From the IMG/VR virus record IMGVR_UViG_3300009159_000032: a stretch of DNA of 64,000 nt; one strand, given 5' to 3'. Position 1 is the first letter of the stretch. Each line of letters begins with the position of its first letter. The notes under the pieces were generated by a model. That model did no database searches and was not told the DNA's origin. It worked only from the letters and a program-made list of their open reading frames with translations. Below, in pieces: positions 61,201 through 64,000 of the stretch. Origin of the DNA: a virus. Made by a program: the position numbers and the translations under genes.

Positions 61201-61804
61201 AGCAAACACTAGCACAGTAAATGCATTTAGTTTACTAATGGCTAACAAAAATTTTATTGCCGCAGAAGTAATTGCTTATATTGCAAATGAGTTTGGCGGC
61301 TTACAATACAACAAACAAAAATGTCGTAGAGATGTTGGCCTAATGATAGATGCATTGATTGCAGATTTATCTACTGGCGGAAACTTTAGAAGTGTTGAAG
61401 CAGCAAAAACATATTATAGCAAAGACGGAACATATCATATTGTTACATTAGAAGATAATGTAAGAAATCAATTATTATTTGTTGACGGTAGTACAGTTAA
61501 TTTCTATCAAAGAAGTTATCAAAGTGCCAGCGGTTACTTATTTGAATATTGCGGTGCAGGCACGCAGTACGGTGCATTGCCTCAGGTAGGTAGAGTAGAT
61601 CCAAATCAGACTAAAGAAGTAGTTCAGTTAAATAATGGTAAGGTGTTCTTTACCTCAACTGATCAAAACGGCGATTTTAGAATCGGACCAACACTTGTTA
61701 TTAGTCAAGCAACTGGTGTACTATCCGGAAGAACATTTGAAAAGAGTTTATTCGCACAGATGACCCCGTTCATCTTAGCGGTTGAAGCAGGTGGTGGAGA
61801 ATAA
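55283..61804 (+). CDS. Large tail fibre/spike, 2173 aa: pectate-lyase-like beta-helix with eight inserted phycobiliprotein-like repeats
   Basis: ILYVNENGSDDNDG..CRTITGA..GTIIRVAPGYY.E..PI.L..SVVGDSLR beta-helix start; 8x Y/F-x3-C-x-R-D repeats; C-terminal FFTSTDQNGDFRIG. Confidence 0.8.
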   Translation: MAVGRITGPLLASNLRRDGVDIAFETDLLYLDVVNGRIGIKKDTPLFELDVNGTINAHRIIVNTATIGLVTITSTTSSSTMSTTYGPISIIPGGNDQINLDANTFVKGDLHATGDITADGNIRLGDTTGTDTLIIDAEIKSDVLPYISTGSVEFVGTTTATIFVTNTNIVSEFSLGNTSSYWNNSYLENIFTRQIDTAGTATDIQFFPDIPLLERTLNKSVTINGDIRVYGGNPIGTFPVVNNILYVNENGSDDNDGRAMDSSRACRTITGATNSPYFKQGTIIRVAPGYYAENNPIRLLPYTSVVGDSLRAVFVEAMNKTVDLFHVNSGVYITGMTMLNLRRGEVTRYAPGGAGTYTTGAYCVAFPPLLDDPIDVFHSPYIQNCTNQSGPWLYDGTMFLPNQTVQIPLVVATSTYIANTTSLLVTIQPEITAQQLEIGMSVNGSGITIDVDVPVATIESIENPINGYRSAKSLLTLNKEFIKDEVIAYVYNTFPGFSFDETVCRRDTGYIVNALINDAILGGNQQIVEAGRAYYEGNVQILGDELGPTIAAFRRIKDISLDIVDNVSVVKTTGNSATQTINTSTTGGAIAQENIVMLIDLLVDILENNAGYENAAALLNANRGFIQAETVAFVNETYVGQPLPSFTYDRGKCFRDVGYIVDAVANDLLYGGNQQSVAAGVAYWTGNTSLIPGEVDETIAGFTYLASIVRDIVLQNEFKDGYQTTVTQITNLTTGSNAAIELVARNVGIINDILTNGADAAPTVINNSLTPSSIPGVTASYNLIVANKNFLQHEVVKYIDVTFTNLDFEYNAVKCARDTGLILDGLVLDLVYNSNSQSTFAGLQYWDHGSTVIPGEETTTTNAFAYCKTATQALLAANTSLSTSSSILLGQKFDVFLGILNTGTNGVTDIIVPNGVINSMLQPVVDYIQSEKLNIIQDTIDWIEANKTPGFTYDDTKCRRDIGYVLDSVCMDILRGGNRQSVQAGVYYFGYDTTSTVLINEIPQTNAAYKFMKSLIDKVVQRVTVTKTYQSLVEQNTDPVGATVQESRAISNNIDLIRDIIRKGPAAAPERTPLPLTPTTSTNIARAYDILTVNRDFIVAEVVEFVNATFIQPYAFNYNESKCFRDVGLIVDSIATDIIRRSNTNSLEAGLAYWDGAVSVIEGQLKETSGAIQYAKTIALDVIANNPVTSFYQKSVIYTIPGTTSTTSTSVVQQNINSQLPGGEVARDLVDSNFNAITTIIQNGPAYAPTSTNSTLTQFIINLSTVTNSSAVEDILYFGETSVYPVEDKKMPGEWSEDGYADRRIDPNGSGGGALVDGNAPSRRSPINSFVFDAFTQITQGGRGIHIINEGYAQLVSVFTIFCNVAVETASGGIASITNSNNNFGDLCLLSTGYGSRKFGGTIYNPANLAYNELTNAFEPNEYFPQGYFPTNQQVCVFVPDPANRPHISLVMEVVPPDQYVNYDGQTVPYVNEQGFPGFLTAIVNTSSLTTSSYTIEAVDVTGVAVGQTVYIRDQFGYEADDNGAGTPYLSTGTIVIDVTYQTITLSNPILQGGGQYANNNYFNIYCCGNAYYNVITSKTSASPYPTGQSKILGQETETIDAVNYLRNTAISIVNNQPVNAINNTTEQTFNLLKTGNGTESFIQDQLGIITNVILSGPQAAPAETTTGTLLTNRSGAISLLEANKIFLQDEVVAYTDTIFGGFTYDEGKCSRDTKLIIDSIAIDMLYPGTSQSTFAGLQYWDQSESAIPGEETTTTNAITYAKGLAATVALSAGGSTPSGIVTSRFNDVLSIIASGTVGITDAITSNGLPSTNVNTLAAYTAVVNNTSTIISQTISYINSNNPGFVYDQTKCRRDLHYILDSVAFDLKHGGNRQSVMSGVYYYNYNSTSTAITNEIPQTVAAYNFIKAIIGDVITGTPISPKYQTVEVQITNLTPATVAETATLQSKIDIITDIIANGPDVAGPKVPVGLTISANTSTVNAFSLLMANKNFIAAEVIAYIANEFGGLQYNKQKCRRDVGLMIDALIADLSTGGNFRSVEAAKTYYSKDGTYHIVTLEDNVRNQLLFVDGSTVNFYQRSYQSASGYLFEYCGAGTQYGALPQVGRVDPNQTKEVVQLNNGKVFFTSTDQNGDFRIGPTLVISQATGVLSGRTFEKSLFAQMTPFILAVEAGGGE

Positions 61805-61815
61805 AGGAGATATAA

Positions 61816-62202
61816 ATGGCATTAATTCCATTAAACACGTTTAAGACAAAGACAAAAGTATTAGATACAAATACAACAGCAACAGCATACGTAGCACCTA
61901 TTGGTGTCACTAGCATTGTACTCATGGCACAGGTTGCTAATGTTGATGCAAACAATGCACATACAATTACATTCAGTCATCATAGACGATTTAGAGTGTT
62001 GCCCGATGCACAGGGTAACAATGCTCAGGATCCAAATGTGACAACAGAATTGGTTATGGATTTTGAAGTTCCGCCAAATGATTCTGCTAGTTTAATTACA
62101 GGTAAAATGATTTTAGAAGCACAAGACAGCATTAGAGCATATTCTGACACAGCTGGTACAATGAAATTAGTATTAAGTATTCTTGAAACAGCTAATAACT
62201 AA
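61816..62202 (+). CDS. Small beta-sandwich fibre-associated protein
   Basis: 128 aa; VPPNDSASL..KMILEAQDSIRA; SD AAGGAG. Confidence 0.65.
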   Translation: MALIPLNTFKTKTKVLDTNTTATAYVAPIGVTSIVLMAQVANVDANNAHTITFSHHRRFRVLPDAQGNNAQDPNVTTELVMDFEVPPNDSASLITGKMILEAQDSIRAYSDTAGTMKLVLSILETANN

Positions 62203-62224
62203 GATATTTTAAAAGAGAAATCTG

Positions 62225-64000
62225 ATGCCACGTTTATTAAGTAATAGAAAACCAGTTCTTCGACCTGAAGATCTAAAAGCAGATAGATGGGATTATTTAA
62301 ATCTCCAGAATGCCCAGCCTGCATTGGGTTTGGCACCTGCTAATAATGCTGGCTATACTTTGCAAACAGATGCAGACGGAAAAGTTACATGGTCTGATAC
62401 ATTAGGTCGTTTACAATTTGAAAATCAAATTATTGGAGCTACAGAACAAAACGTCGATATTGAAATCACTAGTTTAGATACTAATTCTGATATTGTATTA
62501 TCTCCTTACCAACAAGTCAGAATTCGTGGCGATCTAGCAGTAGATCAAAATGTAGAAATTACCGGCGACATAACAGTTACTGGAAATCCGTTAGGTACTT
62601 TTCCTATCAATGACAGAACTTTGTATGTTACTCCTAACGGTGATGACCGCAATGACGGAACAGCACTCGATGCTAGCCGTGCTTGCCGTACAATTAGCGG
62701 TGCTGTTCGCAGCCCTTTCTATACAGAAGGTACTACTATTAAGGTAGCAGCCGGTGTATATTTTGAAGATAATCCTATTCCTCTAAAGAGAGATAGTTCT
62801 GTTTTAGGTAACGATTTAAGAACAACATTTGTTGAACCTTTAAACAAAGATTTAGATTTATTCCATGTAAATTCTGGTGTATATATTGCACAGATGCAGA
62901 TGCGTAATCTACGTAGAGGTGCTGTAGAAAGATACGCACCAGGCGGCGCTGGAACTTATACTACAGGTGCTTACTGTGCAGCATTTCCTCCTAATTTAGA
63001 AAATCCTATTAACGTATATCATAGTCCGTACATTCAAAACTGTACCAACCAATCAGGTCCCTGGTTAAAAGATGGTACAATGTTTGTACCTAATCAAATT
63101 GTACAAATTCCTGTAGGTGCCGGCACTTCAACTTGGGTAGCAAATGTTAATACTATTACTGTAACTCTTTTTACTGGCACAGTTGCAGTTGGTATGGCAG
63201 TTAATGATGCTGCCAACGAAGGTTATAGAAATGCTCAACTGTTATTGCAGGCTAACAAGCAATTTTTACAAAGTCAAACAGTGGCCTATGTTAATGACAC
63301 ATATCCTCTATTAGATTATAACGAAGCACTCTGTTATCGAGATGTAGGTTATATTATTGATGCAGTTTCAGGTGATGCTAGATTTGGCGGCAATAAACGA
63401 AGTATTGAAGCCGGCCTAGCTTATTGGAGAGGCAATATTAGTTTAATTGAAGGACAACAAAACGAAACTGCCGATGCTATCAATTATCTACGTGACGTAA
63501 GTTTAGAAATTATCACCAACACTACTGTTACAAACATTTTTAACACGTTGACCAATCAGGTTCTTAATTTAAATTACGACAAAGGTGCAGTTGTTTCAAC
63601 TCGAGTATCTAGTAGTTTTGGAGTAATAACTTCAATTATACAAAACGGTGAAGGTGCTGTTCCAAATACCGTTGAAGATTTGTACGGATTAATTTACCCA
63701 AGCGGCTTAAGTCCTAACAGTCCAAATTCTGCATCTACAATTACTTCGATTACTACGGTTACTACAGGCACTTACTTAATAACATTAAGTACTGCCACAG
63801 TATCACCTAGCGACAATGCTACATTGTATTTTGGGGAAACATCAGTTTATCCTTTCTTAGATGCTGATATACCAAGTGAGTGGACATTAGCAGACGCCGA
63901 CGGCATATTTGCAGATCGTCGACTAGATCCTAACGGGTCAGGCGGTGGTGCCCTAGTAGACGGCAATGCACCATCATTGATCTCTCCAATTCAATCGTTT
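62225..64000 (+). CDS. Paralog of the 2173-aa fibre/spike, partial (runs off the window end)
   Basis: Not in the ORF track. Hand translation is open for 592 codons: MPRLLSNRKPVLRPEDL..LYVTPNGDDRNDG..CRTISGA..RYAPGGAGTYTTGAYC..HSPYIQNCTNQSGPWL..CYRDVGYIID..DRRLDPNGSGGGALVDGNAPS. Confidence 0.85.
   Translation, partial: MPRLLSNRKPVLRPEDLKADRWDYLNLQNAQPALGLAPANNAGYTLQTDADGKVTWSDTLGRLQFENQIIGATEQNVDIEITSLDTNSDIVLSPYQQVRIRGDLAVDQNVEITGDITVTGNPLGTFPINDRTLYVTPNGDDRNDGTALDASRACRTISGAVRSPFYTEGTTIKVAAGVYFEDNPIPLKRDSSVLGNDLRTTFVEPLNKDLDLFHVNSGVYIAQMQMRNLRRGAVERYAPGGAGTYTTGAYCAAFPPNLENPINVYHSPYIQNCTNQSGPWLKDGTMFVPNQIVQIPVGAGTSTWVANVNTITVTLFTGTVAVGMAVNDAANEGYRNAQLLLQANKQFLQSQTVAYVNDTYPLLDYNEALCYRDVGYIIDAVSGDARFGGNKRSIEAGLAYWRGNISLIEGQQNETADAINYLRDVSLEIITNTTVTNIFNTLTNQVLNLNYDKGAVVSTRVSSSFGVITSIIQNGEGAVPNTVEDLYGLIYPSGLSPNSPNSASTITSITTVTTGTYLITLSTATVSPSDNATLYFGETSVYPFLDADIPSEWTLADADGIFADRRLDPNGSGGGALVDGNAPSLISPIQSF

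Noticed and set aside
1-64000. Stop-codon reassignment
   Set aside because: Core genes are full length in code 11; TAG (40475) and TGA (36715, 55150) act as stops.

Overview
64 kb AT-rich segment of a large T4-related myovirus (jumbo-phage-like), standard genetic code, almost entirely virion genes. 1-35.7 kb (- strand) is a baseplate/tail-fibre operon: four paralogous fibre proteins, a collagen-like fibre, a 4769-aa gp7-like wedge protein, gp6, gp25, gp5 with a C-terminal SLT muramidase, a hub protein, a gp53/LysM-like protein and a gp48/54-like protein. 35.8-40.5 kb (+) is an early island with sigma70-type promoters: late sigma gp55, gp47/gp46 nuclease, two Hc1-like basic proteins and a GIY-YIG nuclease. 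It is followed by a ~370-nt highly structured non-coding element. Next come a gp26-like tail chaperone (-), tape measure, portal, core proteins, protease, scaffold and major capsid protein, an AspH-like 2OG-Fe(II) hydroxylase, and large fibre/spike genes to the window end. Main second-look items: (1) nine phycobiliprotein-like C-x-R-D globin-type repeats inserted into two beta-helical fibre proteins; (2) a pseudoknotted candidate ncRNA behind the GIY-YIG gene; (3) a T-TTT-TTC -1 frameshift site fusing the tail chaperone to the next ORF, lambda G/GT-style; (4) late promoters placed 4-5 nt before ATGs (leaderless late mRNAs); (5) structured late 5' leaders; (6) a collagen fibre tipped by a complete type-1 copper motif. 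All family calls come from motif recognition by eye; no database searches were run.
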